This document shows, piece after piece, positions 49,582 to 63,042 of a stretch of DNA of 64,000 nt (within the stretch, counting starts at the first letter, position 1; the number at the start of each line of letters is the position of its first letter). A program made the position numbers and the translations under genes. Below the pieces are notes generated by a model, which worked only from the letters and a program-made list of their open reading frames with translations, made no database searches and was not told the DNA's origin. Origin of the DNA: Octopus vulgaris (Eukaryota); NCBI GenBank assembly GCA_951406725.2, contig OX597839.1, positions 3,782,001 to 3,846,000 of the forward strand, read 5' to 3'.

Positions 49582-51757
49582 CTGACTGGCTTCTGTGCCG
49601 GTGGCACATAAAAAGCACCGTCCGAGCGCTGCCTCGACTGGCTCCAGTGCCAGTGGCACATAAAAAGCACCATCCGAACGTGGCCGTTGCCAGCGCCGCC
49701 TTGGCTGGCTTCCGTGCCGGTGGCACGTTAAAAGCTCCAACCGATCGTGGCCGATGCCAGACTCCCCTGGCACCTGTGCAGGTGGCATGTAAAAAGCACC
49801 CACTACACTCGCGGAATGGTTGGCGTTAGGAAGGGCATCCAGCTGTAGAAACTCTGCCAGACCAGACTGGAGCCTGGTGCAGCCCCTGGCTTCCCAGACC
49901 CCTGTCGAACCGTCCAACCCGTGCTAGCGCGGAAAACGGACGATGATGATGATACAGATTAAGACCCATATAGCCCATAAGCACTTAAAAGATTTTGGTG
50001 TCCCCATGAGCAAGACACTTTATTTCATGTTCCTCCTGTTCACTCGGCTGTAAGGATGAGTTGTGACATCACTGGTGCCAAGCTGTATCGGCCCCTTTGC
50101 CTTTTCTTTGGACAGCATCGATGGTATAGCGAGGGGAGGGTGGTATGCATGGGTGACTGCTGGTCTTCCATAAACAACTTTGCCCAGACTTGTGCCTCGG
50201 AGGGTTAATTTCTATGTGCAATCCCATAGTCATTCGTTACTGAAGGGAGTCTTTACTGTTATATACCTATAGGCGTAGGAGTGGTTGTGTGGTAAGTAGC
50301 TTGCTAACCAACCACATGGTTCCGGGTTCAGTCCCATTGCGTGGCATCTTGGGCATGTGTCTTCTGCTATAGCCCCGGGCCGACCAATGCCTTGTGAGTG
50401 GATTTGGTAGACGGAAACTGAAAGAAGCCCGTCGTATATATGTATATATATATATGTATGTGTGTTTGTGTTTGTCCCCCTAGCATTGCTTGACAACCGA
50501 TGCTGGTGTGTTTACGTCCCCGTCACTTAGCGGTTCGGCAAAAGGGACCGATAGAATAAGTACTGAGCTTACAAAGAATAAGTCCTGGGGTCGATTTGCT
50601 CGACTAAAGGTGGTGCTCCAGCATGGCCGCAGTCAAATGACTGAAACAAGTAAAAGGGTAAAAGAGATATGTAATTCAAAATACAAACAATAAAACAAAA
50701 TAAATTTTTATTTTTCGAAATGAAGCAAAACTAACATCAGGATGGAGAATAGTTAAGTTGGTGAGCTGGCAGAAATGTTAGCACGCCAGACGAAATGCTT
50801 AGCAGTATTTCGTCTGCCGCTACATTCTGTGTTCAAATTCCGCCGAGGTCGATTAGCCTTTCATCCTTTTGGGGTCGATTAAATAAGTACCAGTTGCACA
50901 CTGGAGTCGATATAATCGACTTAATTCCTTTGTCTGTCCTTATTTGTCCCCTCTATGTAAAAAAAAATGTGGAGGCACATGGCCTAGTGGTTAGAGCAGA
51001 GGGATTGCAGGTTCTAATCTCAGACCTGGCGATGTGTGTGTTTATGAGCAAAACACCTAAGCTTCACACGAAAAAAGAAAAGGCGGCGAGCTGGCAGAAG
51101 CTTTAGCACACCAGTGAAATGCTTAGCAGTATTTCGTCTGCCGTTATGTTCTGAGTTCAAATTCCGCCGAGGTTGACTTTGCCTTTCATCCTTTCAGGTT
51201 CGATAAATTAAGTACCAGTTCTGCACTGGGGTCGATGTAATCGACTTAATCCCTTTGTCTGTCCTTGTTTGTCCCCTCTATGTTTAGCTCCTTGTGGGCA
51301 ATAAAGAAATAAGATGGAGAATAGTGTTTACTTTTGTATACTTCCACAAAGGACAAAAGGTAGGGCCGGATTAAGACCCATAGAGGCCCTAAGCACTTAA
51401 AAGGCTTTGGTACCCCTTTGTATATGTAACTCATAATATAAACAATAATAGAACAAAATAAATTTTTCTTTTTTTTTTAAATGAAACAAAACTAACAATA
51501 AGATGGAAAATGATGTTTAATTTTGTATATTTCCACTTTATTTATAGTTACTCTCTCTCTCTCTTTTTACTTGTTTCAGTCATTTGACTGTGGCCATGCT
51601 GGAGCACCGCCTTTAGTTGAGCAAATTGACCCCAGGACTTATTCTTTGTAAGCCCAGTACTTATTCTATCGGTCTCTTTTGCCGAACCGCTAAGTGACGG
51701 GGACGTAAACACACCAGCATCGGTTGTCAAGCAATGCTAGGGAGACAAACACAAACG

Positions 51758-51809
<52 letters not shown>

Positions 51810-52354
51810 ACAGGCTTCTTTCAGTTTCCGTCTACCAAATCCACTCACAAGGCATTGGTCAGCCTGGGGCTATAGCAGAAGACACTTGCCCAAGGTGCCA
51901 CGCAGTGGGACTGAACCCGGAACCATGTGGTTGGTTAGCAAGCTACTTATCACACAGCCACTCCTGCGCCTGAATATGATTTTAGCAAGTTTGAAGTAAT
52001 TTCTTTTGTGCTGTGAACCATTTACCATTTCTGTATTGCCCTCACTTCCATTGATGCCCTAAGCACATGCTTATTTTTCTTAATGGTTAATCCAGCTCTG
52101 GTATATAAAGGAAAAAGTTCCTTCCTTAGTCATACCAACACATAAGGGCCAGTTTTCCTGGCGTTTATATTCCCCACCAGGACAGGACGCCGGTCTATTG
52201 CAGGATTACTCATTTTTGCCAGTTGAGTGAACTGGAGTAATGTAAAATGAAGTATTTTTCTCAAGAACATGTTGCCTGGTCCTGGGTTTGAAACCACAAT
52301 CTTCTGATCATAAGTCCAACCCCTTAACCACTAAGCCATGCACTTCCACACACA

Positions 52355-52454
<100 letters not shown>

Positions 52455-52731
52455 TTGTTTATTTCAAAATGTAGCTATATGTGGATCATTGGCAATTTTT
52501 TTCCCTCTTCTTTTTCTTTTGGACTTTCCTCTGTCTCCTTTCTGAAGAAGAGCTTTGCTCAAAACGTAAAACTACCTTTCTTTCCTTCCCTGAGTGTCTA
52601 TTAATACTTTGCATGTACCTCATCCGCACATAGCTTTTTCCTTGTTTTTTTCTTGTTTTTTTTTATTGATTAATTATATAATCACCTGTTTTATTATCTA
52701 TTAACCCTTTTTTTTTTTTTTTCCATTTCAG

Positions 52732-52959
52732 GATCAGCTCCTGTGATTGATTTTGGCAGTATCCAGATCCCTGGCGTTGGCCCTTTGCCCCAAGCATCTA
52801 TTGGGGGACAGTCAACCAGCCAAGGTCATGGAGGTGGAGCAAGTTTCATGGATGATCCCAAAGTTGTGAGAGATATGTTCCTCAATAACCCACACGAACT
52901 GGCTCTGTTGAAGGAAAGAAACCCTCCTTTAGCTGAAGCTTTGGTCAGCGGAAGTTTAG
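52732..52959 (+). CDS. DDI2: DDI exon 2 (IDFGSIQIP motif, HDD start)
   Basis: SAPVIDFGSIQIPG...DDPKVVRDMFLNNPHELALLKERNPPLAEALVSGSL; TTTCAG acceptor, GTATGG donor. Confidence 0.93.
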
Positions 52960-53461
52960 GTATGGAGACCGTTTCTCATTGAATTTACTTAATGTTTTCC
53001 TGCTCCAACTCTTGAGCATATCTATATTTATCATCATCATCATCATCGTTTAACGTCTGCTTTCCATGCTAGCATGGCTTGGATGGTTCAACTGGGGTCT
53101 GGGAAGCCAGAAGGCTGCACCAGGCCCAGTCTGATCTGGCAGTGTTTCTACAGCTGGATGCCCTTCCTAATGCCAACCACTCCATGAGTGTAGTGGGTGC
53201 TTTTTACATGCCAGACGAGGCTGGCAATGGCCACGATCGGATGGTGCTTATTACGTGCCACCGGCACGGAGGCCAGTCGGGGCGGCACTGGCAATGGCCA
53301 TGTTCGGATGGTTCTCTTACGTGCCACCGGCACTGGTAATCACAACTACAATTTCCATTGATATTATACATAGCAATATTGTAGACTAAATCTATATTGT
53401 GGTTGGTCCACATTACTCCATAAGGAACATAGGGTTGGTTTCCTGGTCCCTCTGATGTATA

Positions 53462-53682
53462 CAAAGGGATGCTGAAAAGTTCCTGGCTGTAAGGGTATTG
53501 TGAAAATCCTGGTTAAAGACCTGATCTCCTGAGTTCTTTTACAGTGCTTAGAAAAACTGAAGGACCGCTGCAATAAGTGTGTGAATCTGAGTGGGGCAGT
53601 ATGCTGCATATAATCATAACTAACTGATCCTCCTGTATTTTTTTTTTGTACCTAAAGCCAGGAGCTTTTCAGTACCCCATCG
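53462..53682. mobile_element. Mariner-derived MITE (second copy at ~7107-7326)
   Basis: TA TSD; TIRs GGGATGCTGAAAAGTTCCTGGCT / AGCCAGGAGCTTTTCAGTACCC; remnant LEKLKDRCNKCVNL resembles a mariner transposase C-terminus. Confidence 0.75.
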
Positions 53683-56192
53683 TATGTACTCCTCCTTGGA
53701 CAGGACACCGGTCTGTCTTAGGAATACTCATTTTTACTGGCTGAGTGAATTGAGCAATGTGAAATAGTGTTTTGCTCAAGAACACAATGCATTGCCTGGT
53801 CCTGGGAATCAAAACCACAATCTTACTATCAGGAGTCCAACACCTTAGCCAGTAAGCCATCCATCTCCACCATATTTGTATTATCCATGACGATATTGTT
53901 GAGTATATCTCTGTTGTGGTTCGTTCTCATTAATCCGTAAGGAGCATAAGGCTGGTTTCCTGATGTCTCTGATGTGGATATATTCCTCCTTGGATAGGGC
54001 GCCAGTCCATCACAGGGTCACTCATTTACAGCTGAGTGAACTGGAGTCATGTGAAATGAAGTGTTTTGCTCAAGAACACAACATATCACTCAGTCTGGGA
54101 ATTGAAATCATAATCTTACAATCATGAGTCCAGTACCCTAACCATTAAGCCACGTATCTCTACTTTTTTGTCTCATAGATGTGCTTTATCAAGCCTGGCT
54201 CTGGGTTAAACAAGAACAACAACAATGTTAGCTCCCCACCACCACCTCCATCTTCATTATTATTATCTCTTACCATCATGCACATTGCAACCCATCCATT
54301 CCCCAATACTCAGAACCCCTACCCAAATCCTATTACCCACCCACTACTAGTAGTACCATCACGACCACATTCACTACAATTTTGCCATCACCACAATCCT
54401 GAGTCCATCTGGAGTTCATCTGGAGCAAAAACTCCAGACAAAATGCCTTGCAGTTCTCATTTGGCCTCTTTATACACACTGGAGTTCAAATCCCAAGAAG
54501 GTCTACTTTGCATTTCATCCTTTCGGGATCTATATAACACCATTCAAGTACTGGGGTCAGTTTCATTGACTAACCACTTGCCCCAAAATTTCACGTAAAA
54601 AGCTTCCAGTCCACACTGTAAAGTGGTCGGCATTTGGAAGGGCATCCAGCTGTGAAAACCATGCCAGAACTAACCTCACCTGTGCTTGTGCCATGCAAAA
54701 AACAATCAGCCCACTCTGTGGGATGATTGGTGTTATGAAGGGTATCCAGCTGTAAAAACCATTCCAAAACACACAGTAGCCTGGGGTAGTCTTCTACCTG
54801 GCCGGCATGGAAGGTGGACATTAAACATTAGAGTAACATTAGAAACAATTATTATTATTTGACAAAGTGGTTAGGCGACGAGCTGGCAGAATCAGCAGCA
54901 CGCCGGGCAAAATGCTTAGCGGTATTTCGCCTGAGTTCAAATTCCGCCGAGGTCGACTTTGCCTTTCATCTTTTCGGGGTCGATAAATTAAGTACCAGTT
55001 ACACACTGGGGTCGATGTAATCGACTTAATCTCTTTGTCTGTCCTTGTTTGTCCCCTCTATGTTTAGCCCCTTGCGGGCAGTAAAGAAATAAGAATCATT
55101 AGCACACCGGGCAAAATACTTAGTGGTATTTCATCTGCCACTACATTCCGAGTTCAAATTCTGCCAGGGCCAACTTTGCCTTCCATCCTTTCGGGGTCGA
55201 TTAAATAAGTACCAGTTGTGCACTGGGGTGGATGTAATCGACTTAATCCCTTCCTCCAAATTTGAGGGCTTGTGCTTCCAGCAGAAAAGATTATTTGACA
55301 AGCTGGTAGAGTCATTAAGCAAATAAGGCCAAATGCTTAGTGACATTTCTTCCAGTTTTACATTCTGAGTTCAAATACTGCTGTCACCTACTTTGTCTTT
55401 TTATGTTGATAAAATAAGTACCAGTGGCGTACTGGGGTTGATGTTATCAACTAGCCACCTCCCTTCAATTTTCAGGCCTTCAGCTTATAGTAGAAAGGAT
55501 TATTGCAATGCCCCAGTATGACAGTCTAATGACTGAAACAGGTAAAAGAGAAGACATGAAGTTTTAGGTTGTCTCCCCTGCTTTCCTTGTCTTGCAATGT
55601 CTCTTTAACTCTTTTACTTGTTTCAGTCAGCTGACTACGGCCATGCTGGAGCACAGCCTTTAGTCGAGTAAATCGACCCCAGGACTTATTTTTTGGAAGC
55701 CTAGTACTTATTCTATTGGTCTCTTTTGCCGAACCACTAAGTTACGGGGGGCATAAACACACCACCATTGGTTGTCAAGCGACTTTTGCAGGGACAAACA
55801 CACACACACAAACATACACACGCATGCATATATATATACATATATAGGACGGGCTTCTTTCAGTTTCCGTCTACCAAATCCACTCATAAGGCTTTGGTTG
55901 GCCCGAGGCTATAGTAGAAGACACTTGCGCAAGTTGCCATGCAGTCGGAATGAACCCGGAACCATGTGGTTGGTAAGCAAGCTACTTACCACACAGCAAC
56001 TCTTTCTCTGTAGAAGACTAAATTTTAATTTCGTTTTTGGATTTGGTTTGCAAGATTCTTTATGTGAGTTCGTGTGTTGAAGCATATTCTGTTGTGTCTG
56101 GGGAGAGTCATGTTCTTTTTATGCCCGATAATGTAACTCACTCACTGGTAAAATTTCCATGTATTTCTCATTTCATTGTTTTTGATTTGCAG

Positions 56193-56319
56193 AGAAATTT
56201 TCTGAAGTGTTTCGCCAACAACAGAGTGAAAGAATGGAAAAGGCCCAAGAACGCATGCGTCTTATGTCAGCTAACCCTTTTAGCCCCGAAGTTCAGAAAA
56301 TGATAGCTGAAGAAATTCG
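56193..56319 (+). CDS. DDI2: DDI exon 3 (HDD helical domain)
   Basis: EKFSEVFRQQQSERMEKAQERMRLMSANPFSPEVQKMIAEEIR; TGCAG acceptor, GTAAGT donor. Confidence 0.92.
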
Positions 56320-56337
56320 GTAAGTAAATGATTTCTA

Positions 56338-56640
56338 GGGAGGCACATGGCCTAGTGGTTAGAGCAGTGGACTCGTGGTCGAGGATTGTGGGTTCGAATC
56401 TCAGACCGGATGATGTGTATGTTTATGAGCTAAACACCTAAGCTCCACGTGGCTCCGGCAGAAGGTAATGGCAAACTTCTGCTGACTCTTTCGCCACAAC
56501 TTTCTCTCACTCTTTCCTCCTGCATCTTGCAGCTCACCTGTGATGGACTGGCGTCCCGTCCAGGTAGAGAATCTATGCGCCAAGGAAACCGGGAAACCGG
56601 CCCTGATGAGCCAGGTGTGGCTTGAGAATGAACAAACAAA
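56338..56640 (+). mobile_element. tRNA SINE starting about 18 nt into DDI intron 3 (related head at ~17320 and ~50970)
   Basis: GGAGGCACATGGCCTAGTGGTTAGAGC...GGTTCGAATC head; flanks share AAATGATTTCTAG (TSD). Confidence 0.75.
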
Positions 56641-59600
56641 TGATTTCTAGAGGGCTACCACTAGCTGGAGTACTAGACTATACTTGTGTCGCATAACTGG
56701 CATGTAAAAATGTTGGGCAATATGCTATGCTTGAGAAGACCTATCAAGCCAAGTGAAATCCTAGTTGTGGTCAATGCCAGTGCCATCTGACTGGCACATA
56801 AAGGGCACCATTTGAATGTTGGACCTCACAAAGGCAGTGACAAGTGACTGAGACCTTTGGTGATACACCATACTTGTGTGGACCCGTCAAGCTAAGTGAG
56901 ATCATAGTCATGGCCGATGCCGGTGTCGCATCAACGGCACTTGTGCCAGTAGCACGGGAAAAGCACTCACTGCACACTTGGAGTGATTGGCATTAGGAAG
57001 GGCATCTAGCCTTAGAAACCTTATCAAATCAGATTGAAACCTGGTGCAGCTCCCCAGCTTACCAGTTTTCAGTCAAACTGTCCAACCCATGCCAGCATAG
57101 CAGATATTAAATGATGATGGTGATGATGATGATGATGATTCTCTGTATGTATTACATAGAAGCATGTGGCTAAGTGGTTAGGATGTGGCATTCATCATCA
57201 TCATCATCGTTTAACATCCGTTCTCCATGCTAGCATGGCTTGGACGGTTCAACTGGGGTCTGGGAAGCCCGAAGGCTGCACCAGGCCAGTCAGATCTGGC
57301 AGTGTTTCTACGGCTGGATGCCCTTCCTAACGCCAACCACTCCGTAAGTGTAGTGGGTGCTTTTTACGTGCCACCGACACAGGTGCCAGACGAGGCTGGC
57401 GAACGGCCACGCTCGGATGGTGCTTTTTACGTGCCACCGGCACGGAGGCCAGGCGAGGCTGGCAACGGCCACGATCGGATGGTGTTTGATTGTAAGATTG
57501 TGGTTTTGATTTCTGAACTGAGCAAAATTATACTAGTTTTAAATATTAAATGGCTATGGGGGCCCACCAGAATGAAATAGTAATCAAAGGGGTCCTTAGA
57601 TCAAAAAAAATGTTGAGAACCTGAAGGAATTTTCCTTTAGATGTATGTATTGGTATGTATTGCAAGAAACGCCTAGGTTTCTTTACTCTTTTACTTGTTT
57701 CAGTCATTTGACTGCGGCCATGCTGGAGCACCGCCTTTAGTCGAGCAAACCAACCCTGGGACTTATTCTATCGGTTTCTTTTGCCGAACCGCTAAGTGAC
57801 GGGGACGCAAACACACCAGCATCGGTTGTCAAGCAATGCTAGGGGGACAAACACAGACACACAAACACACACATTCATATATATATACACATATATACAA
57901 CAGGCTTCTTTCAGTTTCCGTCTACCAAATCCACTCACAAGGCATTGGTCGGCCCGGGGCTATAGCAGAAGACACTTGCCCAAGATGCCACCCAGAACCA
58001 TGTGGTTGGTTAGCAAGCTACTTACCACACAGCCACTCCTGCGCCTATAACTTTCTTTAACATTTTACATAGTTCAACCTACACATGTTAACCCCTTGGT
58101 GCTGCTATTACCTGAAGCATGCGAGAAACTGCTCTGGGTTTTTTTTTATCTAATGAGGCCACACAAACACACAAGTGCCAACGAGCTCATGTCTATTTAC
58201 GTTCACCGTTGCAATAACATAGTGTTGTGCATTTACGTCTACCGGTTTGTGAAAACGAACTATGTGAAGCTCTCTTTACCCTTACTCTTTTACTTGTTTC
58301 AGTCATTTGACTGCGGCCATGCTGGAGCACCGCCTTTAGTCGAGCAACTCGGCCCTGGGACTTATTCTTTGTAAGCCCAGTACTTATTCTATTGGTCTCT
58401 TTTGCTGAACCGCTAAGTGACGGTGACATAAACACACCAGCATCGGTTGTCAAGCAATGCTAGGGGAACAAACACAGACACACAAACATGCACACACACA
58501 TATATATATATATACATATATACGACGGGCTTCTTTCAGTTTCCGTCTACCAAATCCACTCACAAGGCATTGGTCGGCTCGAGGCTATAGTAGAAGACAC
58601 TTGCCCAAGATGCCATGCAGTGGGACTTGAACCCGGAACCATGTGGTTGGTAAGCAAGCTACTTACCACACAGCCTCACCTGCACCTCTATTTATCATAA
58701 TGCTATTTATCATAAAGATATTTATCATAATATGATATGCACGAGTTATTCTGCTCAAGTTCAAAAATTAGCTTGCGTGTGGTACAGCTCAAGACACGGT
58801 ATTATGCATGTAAAGTATCTGCATGCCATTGGTCTACTGCTAGTCTCATGACTTGAACGTAACCTAAAATAGCTAAGATAATGCACGGGACGGCGAGCGT
58901 GCGCACCTAAAGAGATAAAGTACACGATAGCGAATGTAAACATGCATCAGCAGCTAAAAAGTGCGTGATAGATGTAGGGCTGCTCTACATCGTATATTTG
59001 TGTTAACTGCGGGTAGGCAAGCAAAAGAGTGATCGCATATTTGCGACAACCGTTGGCTGTGTGGTAAGTAGCTTGCTAACCAACCACATGGTTCCGGGTT
59101 CAGTCCCACTGCGTGGCATCTTGGGCAAGTGTCTGCTGCTATAGCCCCGGGCCGACCAATGCCTTGTGAGTGGATTTGGCAGACGGAAACTGTAAAGAAG
59201 CCTGTCGTATATATGTATATATATGTGTGTGTGTGTGTTTTTGTGTGTCTGTGGTTGTCCCCCTAGCATTGCTTGACAACCGATGCTGGTGTGTTTACGT
59301 CTCCGTCACTTAGCGGTTCGGCAAAAGAGACCGATAGAATAAGTACTGGGCTCACAAAGAATAAGTCCCCGGGTCGATTTGCTCGACTAAAGGCGGTGCT
59401 CCAGCATGGCCGCAGTCAAATGGCTGAAACAAGTAAAAGAGTAAAAAGAGAGTAAGGGGTTGATGGGTGTAAAACAAAATAGGAAATTTGAAAGGAGTTT
59501 CTATAAAATTAAGTTTTTAAGCATCAAATGGCTATGGGAGTCCACCAGAATGGAATAGTAAACGAAGGGGGTCCATAGATAAAATGTGTTTGAGAACTAT

Positions 59601-59844
59601 TGCTCTAGATGTTTACTGCTGATGTCTCACTCTCTCTCTCTTTTTACTCTTTTACTTGTTTCAGTCATTTGACTGCGGCCATGCTGGAGCACCGCCTTTA
59701 GTCGAGCAAATCGACCCTGGGACTTATTCTTTGTAAGCCCAGTACTTATTCTATCGGTCTCTTTTAGCCGAACCGCTAAGTGACGGTGACGTAAACACAC
59801 CAGCATCGGTTGTCAAGCAATGCTAGGGGGACAAACACACACAT

Positions 59845-59886
<42 letters not shown>

Positions 59887-60085
59887 GACAGGCTTCTTTC
59901 AGTTTCCGTCTGCAAATCCACTCACAAGGCATTGGTCGGCCCGGGGCTATAGCAGAAGACACTTACGCAAGGTGCCACGCAGTGGGGCTGAACCCGGAAC
60001 CATGAGGTTGGTTAGCAAGCTACTTACCACACAGCCACTCCTGTCTGATTTCAATTTAAAATAATTTCGTATTTTATTTTTGTAG

Positions 60086-60213
60086 ATTGAAAAATGTAGA
60101 AACTAACATGGAGACAGCAATGGAGTTTGCCCCTGAAAGTTTCGGTCAAGTCCACATGTTATACATTGATTGCAATGTTAACGGCCATCCTGTGAAAGCC
60201 TTCGTTGATTCAG
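60086..60213 (+). CDS. DDI2: DDI exon 4 (RVP domain, catalytic DSG)
   Basis: [41 protein letters not shown]. Confidence 0.95.
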
Positions 60214-60313
60214 GTAACAGTCAAGTCTTGCCTTCTTTAACCCCCTTTTTTATGCTATATTTCTGCCGAGATTTAATGTTATTTAATGTGAAACTGTATC
60301 CATTCTCTGACAG

Positions 60314-60442
60314 GTGCTCAAATGACTATCATGAGTCAGTCGTGTGCAGAACGCTGCAACATCATGAGACTCGTAGACAATCGATGGGCAGGGATTGCGA
60401 AAGGTGTTGGTACACAGAAAATTATTGGAAGAGTACATTTAG
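60314..60442 (+). CDS. DDI2: DDI exon 5 (RVP)
   Basis: [42 protein letters not shown]. Confidence 0.95.
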
Positions 60443-61597
60443 GTGAGTACAAGAGTATGTTTCAGATGACATGGCTGTTAAATGTTGGATTTATCAATTA
60501 CTTTTTTACATCTACTAGAAGCAATCATCATCATCGTTTAACGTCCGTTTTTCCATGCTGGCATGGGTTGGACAGTTTGACTGAGTTCTGGAGAGCCAGC
60601 AGCTCCACCAGGTTCCAATCTGATCTGGCAATGTTTCTACACCTGGCTGCCCTTCCTAATGCCAACCACTCCAAGAGTGTAGTCGGTGCTTTTTACGTGC
60701 CAGTCGGGTGGCCCTGGCATTGATCATGTTCGGATAATGCTTTTTACGTTCCACTGACACAGAAACCAGTCAGGTAGCCCTGGCATCGACTATGTGTGGA
60801 AAGTGCATTTTACATGCCACCAATACAGGAGCCAGTCAGGCTGACCTGGCATCGACCATGTTTGGATGATGCTTTTTACGTGCCACCAGCAAGGGAGCCA
60901 GTCAGGGGACCCTGGCATTGATCACATTCGGATAGTGCTTTTTATGTGCCAATGGCACAGGAGCCACTCAGCAGGCACTGGCTTCAGCCACGTTCGGATG
61001 GTGCTTTTTACGTGCCACAGTGCCTCCTTTTCAGAGTATGCATTGGTTGTTCAGTTTGTTAATTATTATAAACAAGGCAGCGAGCTGGCAGAATCGTTAG
61101 CACGCTAGGCGAAATGCTTAGTGGTATTTTGTCTGTCTTTATGTTCTGAGTTCAAATTCCGCCGAGGCCAATTTAGCCTTTCATACTTTTGGGGTCGATA
61201 AATTAAGTACCACTTGTATACTTGGGATGATCTAATCGACCGGCATCCTCCCACAAAATTTTGGGCCTTGTGCCTAGAGTAGAAAGAATGATAATAATAA
61301 TGGTTACAAATTTTGCCAGAAGAGCAGCAGTTTTGGGGAGGGGATGAGTCGATTACATCGACCCCCAGTGCATAACTGGTACTTATTTCATCGACCCCTA
61401 AAGGTTGAAAGGCAAGGTCCACCTCAGTGGAATTTGAACTCAAGGTAACGATGGGCAAAATGCTGCTAAACATTTCACCCAACGTGTTAACAATTCTGCC
61501 AGTTCACTGCTTTATATAATAATAATGATGATGATGATGTTAATCATGAGAATGTTCACCGTGTCTTGACTTTTGATAATTTCTCTTTGTGTTGCAG

Positions 61598-61701
61598 GTC
61601 AAATTCAAATTGGTCCAGATTTCCTTCAGTCTTCATTCTCAATATTGGAAGACCAGCCCGTGGATATGTTGTTAGGGCTGGACATGCTTCGACGGCATCA
61701 G
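61598..61701 (+). CDS. DDI2: DDI exon 6 (RVP)
   Basis: [34 protein letters not shown]. Confidence 0.95.
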
Positions 61702-62862
61702 GTGTGTATATATGTATATATTCTACTATGTTGTGGTGTGAGTGTTTGTGTGTGTGTGTGTATATATCTATATATATATACACACACATAAGAGAACAAG
61801 GTGTACGTACGCCGCAATAATATGTATAAAAAATATATATAAAAATACAAAATGGGACAAGAACGCAAAACATTCAAATAGACGATACAAAAAAACGGAC
61901 GGGTCATTCGAAGCCTCTAATCTTCAGTCAAAAATCGGATCATCCTCGCAATTTCGGCTGATTAATCTTGAGATTGCTCTGATCTGGCCTGTCCCAAGGA
62001 AAAACTAAGCTACGAGCATTAGATTTCTTGGAAAAAGGATTGAATGTATACGAAACAAGGACAGAAAAACGGACGATGTTACACGAATATAAATACAAAA
62101 AACGAAAAGTAATACGAATATAAATACAAAAAACAATAATAATAATAATAATAATGATAATAATAATAATAATAACAGGACAAAAACAACAGGTGTCTGT
62201 CTAAAGTTGAAAGACGTCTTGAATGTTTTGCGTTCTTGTCCCATTTTGTATTTTTATATATATTTTTTATACATATATATACACATACACACACACATAC
62301 ACACACACACACACACACTCATAAAGTTCTGCTTTGAGCTTTTGCGTAAACTGGCATTGAAAGCAGAGTTGGTACTGAAACAAACGTAACTTGTTATTAA
62401 AGATGTGCTAAAGTTTTTCCTTCGCACTGGGGTCCTTGTTTGTCCCCTCTATGTTTAGCCCCTTGTGGGCAATAAAGAAATAAGAAAACAGACGTTAAAA
62501 GCTGATGATGAGGATATCCGTACAAAAATCCTTGCAGTGGTTCTGATTTCTCCAACCACTAATTGGGAGCAATATAATCACCTCAATTGAGATTCCCCTG
62601 CCTAGGAGACACGAGCACTTTCACATATACATACACACATGACAGACTTTCAATTTCCACCCACCAAATTCATCAACAAGGTTTTGGTAAGCCCGAGGCT
62701 ATAGAAGACCCTTGCCCAAGGTGCCGTGCAATAGGACTGCACCCATAGCCATGTGGGTAGAAAACAAATTTCTTACTCAAATAACCTGAAGTATTGTTTT
62801 CTTTATTTTTGTATTTTTTATTCATTTATTTATTTATTTATTTATTTTGGTTCTCTTTTCAG

Positions 62863-63042
62863 TGTTCAATAGATTTAAAACGAAATGTGTTAGTGATCGG
62901 TACAACAGGTACAGAAACCCCGTTCCTCAGTGAGTCTGAGCTTCCTGAACATGCGCGGTTAAACCTGTTACAGAGACCTTCATCAAGTATAGAAACTGAG
63001 GACCAACAACTAGCTGAAGCTCTGGCACGATCAAATGACTGA
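62863..63042 (+). CDS. DDI2: DDI exon 7 (RVP end plus UIM); stop codon inside a SINE-tail fragment
   Basis: [33 protein letters not shown]...[14 protein letters not shown]; the 5' end is firm, the 3' end uncertain. Confidence 0.8.
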   Translation, partial: CSIDLKRNVLVIGTTGTETPFLSESELPEHARLNLLQRPSSSIETEDQQLAEALARSND

